Part shown: one piece after another, positions 1 to 11,999 of the stretch
How the letters are laid out: each line of letters begins with the position of its first letter
Position numbering within the stretch: position 1 is the first letter of the stretch
Origin: Mobula hypostoma
Lineage: Eukaryota
NCBI RefSeq assembly: GCF_963921235.1
Contig: NC_086097.1
Span: forward strand, 253,024,001-253,088,000
Reading direction: 5' to 3'
DNA: 64,000 nucleotides
Notes under the pieces: model-generated
What the model was told of the DNA's origin: nothing
Databases searched by the model: none
Seen by the model: the letters and a program-made list of their open reading frames with translations, nothing else
Position numbers and translations under genes: made by a program

Positions 1-234
1 CGTTCTTGGGTGCAGGTGTTTCCACACCAGGCTGCAATGCAATCAGTTAGATTACTCTCCACTGTGCACCTATAGAAGATTGTCAACGTTCTTGGTGACC
101 ACCTGAATCTATGCATGCCAACAAGAAAAGCAGATGTGATATAGTGCCTTCTTTGTGATGGGACTGAATCTCAAATCACATCATCACAATAAACTATGTT
201 TGAAGTTTAGTCAACTACGCCAGAGTTGTAACAG

Positions 235-780
235 ACTTGGTGCCCAAGAAGAGCATGGTAACCTGTCTAAATAACTATCGCCCAGTGGCATTTATATCAC
301 GGGTAAAGTCCTCCCAACTATTGAGCATATCTACATGAAACACTGTCATAGGAAAGCAGCATCCATCATCAGAGATGCTCATCACCCAGATCATGCTCTT
401 TTCTCGCTGCTGCCATCAGATAGAAGGTACAAGTGCTGCAGAACTCGCACCACCAAACTTCAAGAACAGTTACTAACCCTCAACCATCAGGCTCCTGAAC
501 AAAAAACAGGTAACTACTCTCATCTACTGAGATGTTCCCACAACCAATGATCTCACTTTAAAAACTCTTTATCTTGTTATTTCATACTCTCCTTATTTAT
601 TGTTACTTATTTATATTTGCATTTACGCAGTTTGTTGTCTGCTATGCTCTTGGTCTTTCATTGATCCTGTTTACAGTTACTGTTCTATAGATTTGCTGAG
701 TATGTCCACAGGAAAAAGAATCTCAAGGTTGTATGTGATGACATGTATGTACTCAATAATAAATTTTACTTTGAACTATG
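235..780 (+). mobile_element. Degenerate Rex1/Babar-type LINE remnant (3' end)
   Basis: Decayed 'RKAASIIRDAHHPDHALFSLLPSDRRY' C-terminal motif matching the 60-62 kb element; ends in AATAAA plus a (ttgaac)-type tail. Confidence 0.7.
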
Positions 781-941
781 GTTCCTGAAGTTGAGCATAA
801 GATCTTGCAGCATCAAGCAAATAACCTAATGGTTTTTGGTTTGTTGACATTAATATAGGATGATCAGAAACTTTCCTGTAATTGTTAAACTTCACCATTG
901 AATCTGTTAGATCAACTTGCGTTGGAACTTCAGTAACACAG

Positions 942-1339
942 TCGTCATCATCATTACGTGCCGTGCCACATGATGTGGGCAATCATCGACTTTGACCATG
1001 GTTCTCCTTGACAAATTTTTCGACAGAAGTGGTTTGCCATTGCCTTCTTTTGGGCAGTGTCTTTACAAGACTGGTGACCCCAGCAATTATCAATACTCTT
1101 CAGAGATTGTCTGCCTGGTGTCCGTGGTCACATAAGCAGTATTTGTGAAATGCACCAGCTGTTCATATGACCATCCACCGTCTGCTCCCATGGTTTCGCA
1201 TGACCCTGACCCGGTGGGGGGGGGGGTGTGGTTAGGGTTAAGCAAGTGCTATGCCTTGCCCAAGGGTGACCTGCAGGATAGCGAAGGGAAGGAGCATCTT
1301 ACACTCCTTTGGTAGAGATGTATCTCCACCTCAGCACCC
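942..1339 (-). mobile_element. Non-autonomous RTE-related short element (copy 1)
   Basis: (TCA)n tail, 'cagaagtggtttgccattgccttc' motif typical of RTE/BovB-related SINE ends; colinear second copy at 42155-42534. Confidence 0.65.
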
Positions 1340-1605
1340 AACAGTAATTCAGCAGACACCGTAACGGAGGGATTGATGAGATTATTCTGTTTAATTCTAC
1401 ACTTGTAAATTCAGTAAGTCAGCAGACTCCATAAATGAGACATTGACCAAATGATATTGTTTAATTCTGTTCTGGAGTTGAAACTTTCTGATCTAGAGAA
1501 ACAAGTACAAGTGACCATACAAAGTTTATGCTTAAATATTAATTGTCATTGAATTTTAACTGATATAAACACATTGGCAAGTGGTTACAGTAATTTAGCT
1601 GATTA

Positions 1606-2078
1606 TGTTAGTACCTCCAGTTGAACTTTGTCTTCTTGTGTGTTTTTCCCCCAGCCATCAGTCTGTATTGCCATGTGCTCCTGTCCCTGCTCCTGCTCTA
1701 CTCCAGCCCCTGTATTACTGAGTACTCTGTCTCTCACCTGTTTCTCATTATTACCTGTATTGCTGCTACCTGTGTCTCATTGTGCTCCACCTATCGTCTG
1801 CCTCTCTGTTTATTGTCAGTGTATTTCAGTCCTGTGTTTTCACCTGTTTGTTGCCAGATTGTGTCAGTGAATTTTCCTCAGCCTTTCCAGTATGTGTATT
1901 TGAACTCTGTCTGTCTGAATATTGACTCTGCCTGTTTCCCGATTCTGGTTTTTGGATTTCTCTGGATGTTTTGATCTCTGCCTGAACTTGTTTGCACCTT
2001 GGGAATTGTTACTCAATTAACATCACTGTGTGTTAAGTACTGGGTCTGCGATTGGATCCCTGCTCCAGTGCCCTGACA
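1606..2078 (+). mobile_element. Solo LTR (Gypsy/BEL-like)
   Basis: Termini TGTTA...TGACA; exact 5-bp TSD GATTA at 1601-1605 and 2079-2083; repeated 'cacctgt' motifs; strand tentative. Confidence 0.8.
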
Positions 2079-2401
2079 GATTATTGTTTTGACAACATGT
2101 GGAGCATGAGGATACCAATGAGAGATTTGAACCGTTTACAGAGCAAGACCTCATATGAATTACTTAGGTAAACTGTTTAGGACGAGCAAAAGCTTTTCAC
2201 CTTAAAGTTTTTGACAAATTTTTCATACTTTCCATCACTAATTTGTGATTCCCTAGAACATAAAACATATGACATCACAGCACAGTGCAGGCTCTCCATC
2301 GAATGATGTCATGGTGAACTTTTAACCCACTCTAGGATCAATCTAACCCTTCCCTCCTACATAGTCCTCCATTTTTCTATCATCCAATCTTAAATCTCTC
2401 T

Positions 2402-2865
2402 AATTCAAGATTCAAAAAACTTTATTGTCATTCTAACCATACATCAGCTCTGCAGGACAGAATGAGACAGTGTTTCCCAGGAGCAGTGCAATCATAACAT
2501 AACAAACGCAACACTAAATAATAAACATAACAATAAATAGTAAAACACAACAGCCACATGTCAGTTAAAATCAAGTTATAAGTGTCCAGTGCAAGTTAAA
2601 AGTGTCCAAAGCAGAGTCAGGTAGGGCAGCTATTTAGCAGTCTGACTGCCTGTGGGAGGAAGCTGTTTAGTAGCCTTGTGGTTTTAGTTTTGATGCTCCT
2701 GTAACGTTTGCCTGATGGCAGAAGAACAAACAGTTCATGGAGAGGGTGTGAGGGGTCTTTAATGATGTACCGTGTCTTCTGGAGGCATTGACTCTGAAAG
2801 AGGTCTTGGACAGAAGGTAGGGAGACCCCAATAACCTTCTCTGCTCCACACACAGTATCTGCCTC
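2402..2865 (-). mobile_element. Rex1/Babar-type LINE 3' fragment
   Basis: ORF 2617-2904 'IIKDPSHPLHELFVLLPSGKRYRSIKTKTTRLLNSFLPQAVRLLN'; (ttgaatc)-type tail. Confidence 0.75.
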
Positions 2866-3079
2866 CACCACCACCCCGGCAGGTGCTTCACACACCCAAC
2901 ACACTTTACGTAAAAAAAAAATCTACCCTCTGATATCCCCCTCCCTATATTTTCCTCCAACCATTTTAAAATTAAACTCAACTAAAGAGCTTGATGGGGA
3001 AATATTTCCTGGAATAATTGTTACCTCGAGGGAGGGAGCCCTGAATCTAGTAGAACTTAACAAATAACAGTTAAATCGG

Positions 3080-3520
3080 AAGCACACAGAAAATGCCGGA
3101 GGAACTCAGTAGGTCAGGCAGCATCTGTGGAAAGGAATAAACAGTTGGAATTTTGGGCTGAGACCTTTCATCATGATTGGAAAGGAAGGGGGAAGATGCC
3201 AGAATAAAAAGCCGGGAGGAGAGAAAGGAAGACATGCTACTCTTGAAGGTAATGAGTGCTGGTTGGGCGGGAAAGCTAAAGTGCTGGGGAAGAAGTGCCG
3301 GAGTGGACCATGGGAAGGAGGGAAGAAGGAGGAGCCCCAGGGGGAGGTGACAGGCAAGTGAGGAGCCGAGGTAAGAGGCCAGAGTGGGAAATAGAAGAAA
3401 AGGGAAGAGGAGAGAAAAATTACCAGAAAGAGAAAATGATGTTCATGCTATCGGGCTGGAGGCTACCCAGACGGAATATGAGGTGTTGTTCCTCCGACCT
3501 GAGGGTGGCCTCATTGTAGA
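3080..3520 (-). mobile_element. Penelope-like element 3' end / pseudo-LTR
   Basis: Decayed ORF end 'ATLRSEEQHLIFRLGSLQPDSMNI', purine-rich tract, degenerate hammerhead motif at ~3140-3180. Confidence 0.7.
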
Positions 3521-3789
3521 ATGTTTTACAAACTAGAATAGACTTGATGGGCTGAATGGCTTTGTTTTTTCATATGGAATTACGTGATAATTTAGAGTTA
3601 TGAGAGTTGTTTAAACATGTGTCCAATCATTAGTTCATACAATAAGTCTTTCCAAAGATTATTGTCTATGATAGTTAACTTAAGTGACAATGAACAAAAT
3701 ACTGGAACAAAATTCATTTCTTATCAGAACAAGGAAGTGATATAGTGCACCACTTCTAGGCTCATTTTTCACAGGGAAATATTACACCG

Positions 3790-4270
3790 GATCTGTGGCT
3801 CAGTCCATCAGGGATAAAGCCCACCCCACCATTGAGCACATCTACAGGGAGCGATGTCGCAGGAAAATAGCGTCTATCATCAGGGACTCCCCACCACCCA
3901 GGCCATGCTCTCTTCTCAGTGTAGCCATCAGGAAGAAGGTACAGGAGCCTCAGGACTCGGGGCCATTCAACTATCAGGTTCTTGAACTGGTGTAGATAAC
4001 TTCACTCACCTCATCACTGAACTGATTCCACAACCCATGGACTCATTCTCAAGGACTCTACAACTCATGTTCTCAGTAATATTTATTGCTTATTAATTAT
4101 TATTATTATCTTGTTTTTCTTTTCTATTTGAACAATTTGTTGTCTCTTGCACATCGATTCTATTGTGTTTCCTTGTATATACTGTGAACGGCTGCAAGAA
4201 GATAAATCTCGGGATAGTACACATACACATACGTACTTTGAAAACAAATTTACTTTGAACTTTAAACTTG
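3790..4270 (+). mobile_element. Rex1/Babar-type LINE 3' fragment
   Basis: 'PTIEHIYRERCRRKIASIIRD' motif plus the shared 3' UTR/tail. Confidence 0.65.
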
Positions 4271-4643
4271 TTTTCCACAGCTTGCTGGAGTTTTCATTCT
4301 TGTGCATTGAACACAGATCACTCCTCCCTGCCATCCAGCCAGGACCACATTTACCAATGGGTTTTTGGTTTGTCAATGATCTTTGAAAGGAAATCTCACT
4401 CAACTGTGGCAGGTCTGTCTCTTCAAGATACAGTGCTGAACTAGGTTAAAGGGGCAGTCATTAACAGTGCATAAAGTTACTGCAAATCTCTTAAGGTTCA
4501 GGTATTGGTTTACCAAGTCCGCCAGCTGTTAGCATTAATTCTCAGCCTCAATCATCAACTGTATCAGCCTGGGGCGAACCTCAAAGGGGCTCCACTTATT
4601 CTCCACCCCTACTCACCAAGCCTCCACCATTGTAAGTTCTGCC

Positions 4644-4879
4644 TGTTATGTGTTTAATACATCAGTAATATTTGTTTAATATTGTACATATGTACTGTTT
4701 GATGAAGCATTTTTTGTTGTTTACCTCATGCATTCCAGGTTATATGTAAAAGTATGTAAATAGCATACGTTATTATGTTACCACGTCATATATGTCTGCA
4801 CCTCACTTAAAAACGAGCTCATGTTTTGGACCTTTCCTTTCCATTAGGTTTTTATGTTTTGGAGTTACAAAACATAACA
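4644..4879. mobile_element. Small element with inverted termini (solo-LTR or MITE-like)
   Basis: TGTTATGT...ACATAACA ends; flanks gttctgcc (4636-4643) and gttctccc (4880-4887) match 7/8. Confidence 0.5.
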
Positions 4880-4924
4880 GTTCTCCCAGAAGGGCAGTCA
4901 CTAATTCCTGTCAGAAAATTAACA

Positions 4925-5337
4925 ACATAGAACATAGAACATAGAATAGTACAGCACAGTACAGGCCCTTCGGCCCACAATGTTGTGCCGACCCTCAGAC
5001 CCTGCCTCCCATATAAGCCCCCACCTTAGATTCCTCCATATACCTGTCTAGTAGTCTCTTAAACTTCACTAGTGTATCTGTCTCCACCACTGACTCAGGC
5101 AGTGCATTCCACGCACCAACCACTCTCTGAGTAAAAAACCTTCCTCTAATATCCCCCTTGAACTTCCCACCCCTTACCTTAAAGCCATGTCCTCTTGTAT
5201 TGAGCAGTGGTGCCCTGGGGAAGAGGCGCTGACTATCCACTCTATCTGTTCCTCTTATTATCTTGTACACCTCTATCATGTCTCTTCTCATCCTCCTTCT
5301 CTCCAAAGAATAAAGCCCTAGCTCCCTTAATCTCTGA
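4925..5337 (-). mobile_element. CR1 LINE 3' fragment
   Basis: 'LGLYSLERRRMRRDMIEVYKII...TRGHGFKV...RVVGAWNALP'; (ttctatg)n tail; near-identical to 62281-62923. Confidence 0.9.
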
Positions 5338-6039
5338 ACAAGAGCAGTCTTGCGATCTCTCAAGTGAGCAGATACCAGAAGGTTCTGGTAGGTAACTTTG
5401 CTGATATAGTCTGCGTGAACCACTTTCCGGCAACTTCCTGCTTACATTGAGATGTCTATCGACTTGAGGAAAATGTGTCCCACTCACACCGGTCTTCAGA
5501 TTGGCGACACAGCAGTGGAAACTGTGAGCAGTTTCAAACTCCTGGCACTCTACATCTTGCGCAACCTCTCATGGTCTACGCAGCCAAGAAATCTTCCCAG
5601 CATATCTACTTTATTGTAATTCACTGGAAGTACAATAAAGTTAAAATTAGGTAAAAATAAATGGAATTCTTTGCCACAGATGGCTGTGGAGGCCAGGTCA
5701 AAGAGTATACAGGGAGTTAAAATGGATGTTGATAGGTTCTTGATTCATCAGGGTATTAATAGTAGAAGCCAGGAGAATGTTGGAGAATGGAGTTGAGGGA
5801 GATAATAAATCAGCCAGGATGAAATGGCAGAGCAGACCCGATGGGCCAAAGGGCCTAATTCTGTTCCTATGTCTTATGGTCTTATTTTCCAAGAATTGCA
5901 ACAGGTTAGAAAGGGGTGACATAAACTCAGATTCTGTTTTATCTATAATTATTTCATTGATTATATAAGTGGATATTGTTTCTTTGGAATTATAAAACTA
6001 TCATGCAACTTAACAGAATTCTGGTCAGTTTTGTGGTTG

Positions 6040-6335
6040 CCATGGTAACCTTGCAGTTAGTGAGACTCTACAAAGCCTGGGGCACTCTGGAGTTCGGAGC
6101 TCCATCCTGGTGCCATTCTGTAACGAGTCGCTGCAGGTGAATGCTTGGCTTTTCCCCAGATGCTCTGGTTTCCTCCCACGGTTCAAATAAGCACTGGCTA
6201 GATTACTTGAGCATTGTAAACTATCCTGTGATTTGGTTATGGTTAATCTGGGTCATGGGGTTGCTGGGGCAGTGTGGCTTGAAGGCCCAGAAGGGCCTAC
6301 TCCATGCTGATTTACTAAATAAAAATAAATAAATA
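6040..6335 (+). mobile_element. Degenerate V-SINE (HE1/HER1-like)
   Basis: Decayed tRNA head (ggagttcgga), V-domain 'gctctggtttcctcccac', CR1-like 3' end, (aaat)n tail. Confidence 0.6.
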
Positions 6336-6774
6336 AGGTTGAGAGGGATAAATAAATAGATAGATGGATAAATAAGTGAGCATGTAAACAGATCAATGAA
6401 TGAATGAAGGCCCAGAGCCTGAGTGTGCAAGTTCACTGGAGGCTGAAGGCTGATGATAGCCTGTCCTGGGAGGAGAGGAACGGGGATGTTGTGCCGTTGC
6501 CGTTTTAGTGCTTGTTCTGTTGTTGTTCTGCTGAACCTTGTGGGCATACTTTGGCGCTGGAATGTGTGGTCCCCAGCTAATCCTCGAGTGCACTGGTTTT
6601 CATGCAAACAACGCATGTTTTGATGTACCGGAGATACATCAATTTCAGTCTTGATCATTGTAAAGCCTCATTTGTAAAGCAACAATATTCATTATGATGA
6701 TACATTTGTAGACATTTTAACAGCTTAAGGGGACAGTGAATTTTCACTATTAATGATATTATATGTCATTTGTT

Positions 6775-7105
6775 TGACCATAAGACATAGGAGCAGAATT
6801 AGGACATTCAGCACATCGCGTCTGCTCCACTATTCCATCATGGCTGATTTATTATCCCTTTCAACCGCATTTTCCTGCCTTCTCCCTGTAACCTTTGACA
6901 CTATGACTAACCAAGAATCTATTAAACTCCACTTTAAGTATACCCAATGATTTGTCCTCCACAGCCATCTGTGGTAACGAATTCCACAGATTCATCACCC
7001 TCTGGATAAAGAAATTCCTCCTCATCTCCATTTTAAATGGATGTCCCTCTACTCTGAGGCTGTGCCCTTTAGTCCTAGACTCTTCCACTATTGGAAGTAT
7101 CCTCT
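6775..7105 (-). mobile_element. CR1 LINE 3' fragment
   Basis: 'SRTKGHSLRVEGHPFKMEMRRNFFIQRVMNLWNSLP'. Confidence 0.85.
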
Positions 7106-7456
7106 CTATCCAGAAACAAGGCAGACATCAATGTAAAACAGAATTGAAAATTTATGGAATAATTTTCAAATAAAGCAGAGTTTGAGTTTATGTCACTCAT
7201 CTCCATCATGGGCACACGCTTCCCCAGCATTGAGGACGTTTTCCAAAGGCGATGTTTCGAAAAAGTGGCATCCCTTCGTTGTGGATCCTCATCACCCGGG
7301 ACATGCCCTCTTCTCGTTACCACCATCAGGGGGGAGGTACAGGAGCCTGAAGACACACTTTTCCTCTCTGCCATCAGATTTCCGAATGGGCACCAAACCC
7401 ATGTACACTAATCAATATTTCATCCTTTCTTTTTACACTACTTAATGTGTATGTGA

Positions 7457-7487
<31 letters not shown>

Positions 7488-7563
7488 AATAATATATACA
7501 CATAGATAGTAATTTATAGATTTTTTAAATTATTACATATTGCACTGTAATGCTGCCACAAAA

Positions 7564-10500
7564 CAAGCTTCATCACAAGATCACAAGACAAAGGAGCAGG
7601 AGTAGGCCATTCGGCCCATCGAGTCTGTTCCGCAGCTCCCCCATGAGCTAAACTATTCACCCATCTAGTTCCAATTTCCGGCTTTTTCCCCATATCCCTT
7701 GATACCCTGACTAATTAGATACCTGTCAATCTCCTCCTTAAAACCTCAATGATTGGGCCTCCACAGCTGTATGTGGCAACAAATTCCACAAATCCACGAC
7801 CCTCTGGCTAAAAAAATTTCTCCTCATCTCTGTTTTAACTGGGTACCCTCTAATTCTAAGACTATGGCCTCTTGTCCTGGACTCACCCACCAAGGGAAAC
7901 AACCTTTCCACATCTACTCTGTCCAACCCTTTCAACATTCAAAATGTTTCTATCAGATCCCTTATCATTCTTCTATACTCTAATGAATACAATCCAAGAG
8001 CCGACAAACACTCCTCATATGTTAGCCCCTGCATTCCAGGAATCATCCTCGTAAATCTTCTCTGAACTCTCTCCAACATCAGTGCATCCCTTCTAAGATA
8101 GGGGGCCCAAAACTGCACACAGTATTCCAAATGAGGTCTCACCAATGCCCCATAGAAACATAGAAACATAGAAAATAGGTGCAGGAGTAGGCCATTCGGC
8201 CCTTCGAGCCTGCACTGCCATTTATTATGATCATGGCTGATCATCCAACTCAGAACCCAGCCTTCCCTCCATACCCCCTGACCCCTGTAGCCACAAGGGC
8301 CATATCTAACTTCCTTTTAAACATAGCTAATGAACTGGCCTCAACAGTTTGCTGTGGCAGAGAATTCCACAGATTCACCACTCTCTGTGTGAAGAAGTTT
8401 TTCCTAATCTCGGTCCTAAAAGGCTTCCCCTCTATCCTCAAACTGTGACCCCTCGTTCTGGACCTCCCCAACATCGGGAACAATCTTCCCGCATCTAGCC
8501 TGTCCAATCCCTTTAGGATCTTATACGTTTCAATCAGATCCCCCCTCAATCTTCTAAATTCCAACGAGTACAAGCCCAGTTCATCCAGTCTTTCTTCATA
8601 TGAAAGACCTGCCATCCCAGGAATCAATCTGGTGAACCTTCTTTGTACTCCCTCTATGGCAAAGATGTCTTTCCTCAGATTAGGGGACCAAAACTGCACA
8701 CAATACTCCAGGTGTGGTCTCACCAAGGCCTTGTACAACTGCAGTAGTACCTCCCTGCTCCTGTACTCGAATCCTCTCGCTATAAATGCCAGCATACCGT
8801 TCGCCTTTTTCACCGCCTGCTGTACCTGCATGCCCACTTTCAATGACTGGTGTATAATGACACCCAGGTCTCGTTGCACCTCCCCTTTTCCTAATCGGCC
8901 ACCATTCAGATAATAATCTGTTTTCCTATTTTTGCCACCAAAGTGGATTAACTTCACATTTATCCACATTAAATTGCATCTGCCATGAGTTTGCCCACTC
9001 ACCCAACCTATCCAAGTCACCCTGCATCCTCTTAGCATCCTACTCACTGCTAACACTGCCACCCAGCTTCGTGTCATCCGCAAACTTGGAGATGCTGCAT
9101 TTAATTCCCTCATCCAAGTCATTAATATATATTGTAAACAACTGGGGTCCCAGCACTGAGCCTTGCGGTACCCCACTAGTCACCGCCTGCCATTCTGAAA
9201 AGGTCCCGTTTATTCCCACTCTTTGCTTCCTGTCTGCTAACCAATTCTCCACCCACACCAATACCTTACCCCCAATACCGTGTGCTTTAAGCTTGCACAC
9301 TAATCTCCTGTGTGCGACCTTGTCAAAAGCCTTTTGAAAATCCAAATATACCACATCCACTGGTTCTCCCCTATCCACTCTACTAGTTACATCCTCAAAA
9401 AATTCTATGAGATTCGTCAGACATGATTTTCCTTTCACAAATCCATGCTGACTTTGTCCGATCATTTCACCGCTTTCCAAATGTGCTGTTATCACATCCT
9501 TGATAACTGACTCCAGCAGTTTCCCCACCACCGACGTTAGGCTAACCGGCCTATAATTCCCCGGTTTCTCTCTCCCTCCTTTTTTAAAAAGTGGGGTTAC
9601 ATTAGCCACCCTCCAATCCTCAGGAACTAGTCCAGAATCTAACGAGTTTTGAAAAATTATCACTAATGCATCCACTATTTCTTGGGCTACTTCCTTAAGC
9701 ACTCTAGGATGCAGATCATCTGGCCCTGGGGATTTATCTGCCTTCAATCCCTTCAATTTACCTAACACCACTTCCCTACTAACATGTATTTCGCTCAGTT
9801 CCTCCATCTCACTGGACCCTCTGTCCCTTACTATTTCTGGAAGATTATTTATGTCCTCCTTAGTGAAGACAGAACCAAAGTAATTATTCAATTGGTCTGC
9901 CATGTCCTTGCTCCCCATAATCAATTCACCTGTTTCTGTTTGCAGGGGACCTACAATTGTCTTTATCAGTCTTTTCCTTTTTACATATCTATAAAAGCTT
10001 TTACAGTCCGTTTTTATGTTCTCTGCCAGTTTTCTCTCATAATCTTTTTTCCCCTTCCTAATTAAGCCCTTTGTCCTCCTCTGCTGAACTCTGAATTTCT
10101 CCCAGTCCTCAGGTGAGCCACTTTCTCTGGCTAATTTGTATGCTACTTCTTTGGAATTGATACTATCCCTAATTTCTCTTGTCAGCCACGGGTGCACTAC
10201 CTTCCTTGATTTATTCTTTTGCCAAACTGGGATGAACAATTGTTGTAGTTCATCCATGCAACCTTTAAATGCTTGCCATTGCATATCCACCGTCAATCCT
10301 TTAAGTGTCATTTGCCAGTCTATCTTAGCTAATTCACGACTCATACCTTCAAAGTTACCCCTCTTTAAGTTCAGAACCTTTGTTTCTGAATTAACTACGT
10401 CACTCTCCATGTTAATGAAGAATTCCACCATATTATGGTCACTCTTACCCAAGGGGCCTCTCACGACAAGATCGCTAATTAACCCTTCCTCATTGCTCAA

Positions 10501-11995
10501 AACCCAGTCCAGAATAGCCTGCTCTCTGGTCGGTTCCTCGACATGTTGGTTCAAAAAACCATCCCGCATACATTCCAAGAAATCCTCTTCCTCAGCACCT
10601 TTACCAATTTGGTTCACCCAATCTACATGTAGATTGAAGTCACCCATTATAACTGCTGTTCCTTTATTGCACACATTTCTAATTTCCTGTTTAATACCAT
10701 CTCCGACCTCACTACTACTGTTAGGTGGCCTGTACACAACTCCCACCAGCGTCTTCTGCCCCTTAGTGTTACGCAGCTCTACCCATATCGATTCCACATC
10801 TTCCCGGCTTATGTCCTTCCTTTCTATTGCGTTAATCTCTTTTTAACCAGCAACGCCACCCCACCTCCCCTTCCTTCATGTCTATCCCTCCTGAATATTG
10901 AATATCCCTGAACGTTGAGCTCCCATCCCTGGTCACCCTGGAGCCATGTCTCTGTGATCCCAACTATATCATAATCATTAATAACAATCTGCACTTTCAA
11001 TTCATCCACCTTATTACGAATGCTCCTTGCATTGACACATAAAGCCTTCAGGCGCTCTTTTACAACTCTCTTAGCCCTTTTTAATGCTTGCCCTGGATTT
11101 GTCGGCCTCATCAACACCTCTTTACTCTTAAACACTATTCCTCTTGAAATGAATGCCAACATAGCATTCGCTTTCCTCACCGCCAATCCAACCTAGTGGT
11201 TAACCTTTAGGGTATCCTGCACGAGGACCCCCAAGTCCATATAACCATATAACAATCACAGCACAGAAACAGGCCATCTCGGCCCTTCTAGTCCGTGCCG
11301 AACGCTTACTCTCACCTAGTCCCACCGACCTGCACTCAGCCCATAACCCTCCATTCCTTTCCTGTCCATATACTTATCCCTTTGCACTTCCGATTTTTGA
11401 ATTTTCTCCCCATCCAAATAATAATCTTCCCGATTATTTCTTCTTCCGAAATGTACAACCGTACATTTGTCAACGTTGTATCTCATCTGCCATTTCTTTG
11501 CCCACTCTCCTAAACTGACCAAGTCTCTCTGCAACCTTTCCATTTCTTCAACACTTCCTGCTCCTCCACCTATCTTGGTGTCATCCGCAAACTTAGCCAC
11601 AAGACCATTTAATCCATAATCTAAATCATCGATATACATTGTAAAAAGAAGTGGCCCCAACACCGACCCCTGCAGAACAACACTAGTAGCCGGCAACTAA
11701 TCAGAATAGGATCCCTTTATTCCCACCCTTTGCTTTCTGCCTATCAGCCAATGCTCCACCCATTCTAATGTCTTTCCTGTAATTCCATGGGTTCTCATCT
11801 TATTAAGCAGCCTCTTATGCAACATCTTATCGAAGGCCTTTTGAAAATCCAAATACACAACATCCACAGCCCCTCCCTTGTCAATCTTATTTGAGATTAC
11901 CTCAAAAAATTCCAATAGGCAGGATCTTCCCCTCATGAAACCATGTTGGCTTGGGCCTATCTTGTCATACACCTCAAGGTATTTCATAGCCTCGT
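7564..11995 (-). mobile_element. Older CR1 LINE, interrupted by insertions at 8151-11107 and ~11239-11378
   Basis: RT pieces ([34 protein letters not shown]) are colinear across 7564-8150, 11104-11238 and 11378-11995. Confidence 0.85.
8151..11107 (-). mobile_element. Young 5'-truncated CR1 LINE (APE + RT, frameshifted)
   Basis: ORFs 10824-11186, 9040-10797 and 8250-9176 carry NARS, ITETW, YRPP, GDFN, SDHN, KSPGPD and FADD; (tttctatg)n tail; near-identical to 36310-39295. Confidence 0.95.
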
Positions 11996-11999
11996 CCTT

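Noticed and set aside
1230..1340. HDV-like ribozyme at the 5' end of the RTE-related elements (also ~42430-42534)
   Set aside because: A hairpin (GCAGGT...ACCTGC) is present in the 42 kb copy, but I could not fit the nested double pseudoknot.
10136..10846. 236-aa ORF (and the 258-aa ORF at 36528-37304) as novel genes
   Set aside because: They are antisense shadows of CR1 ORF2.
10824..11186. Fusion ORFs joining unrelated domains (also 13440-13871, 52407-52817)
   Set aside because: They are chance in-frame read-throughs across TE insertion junctions.
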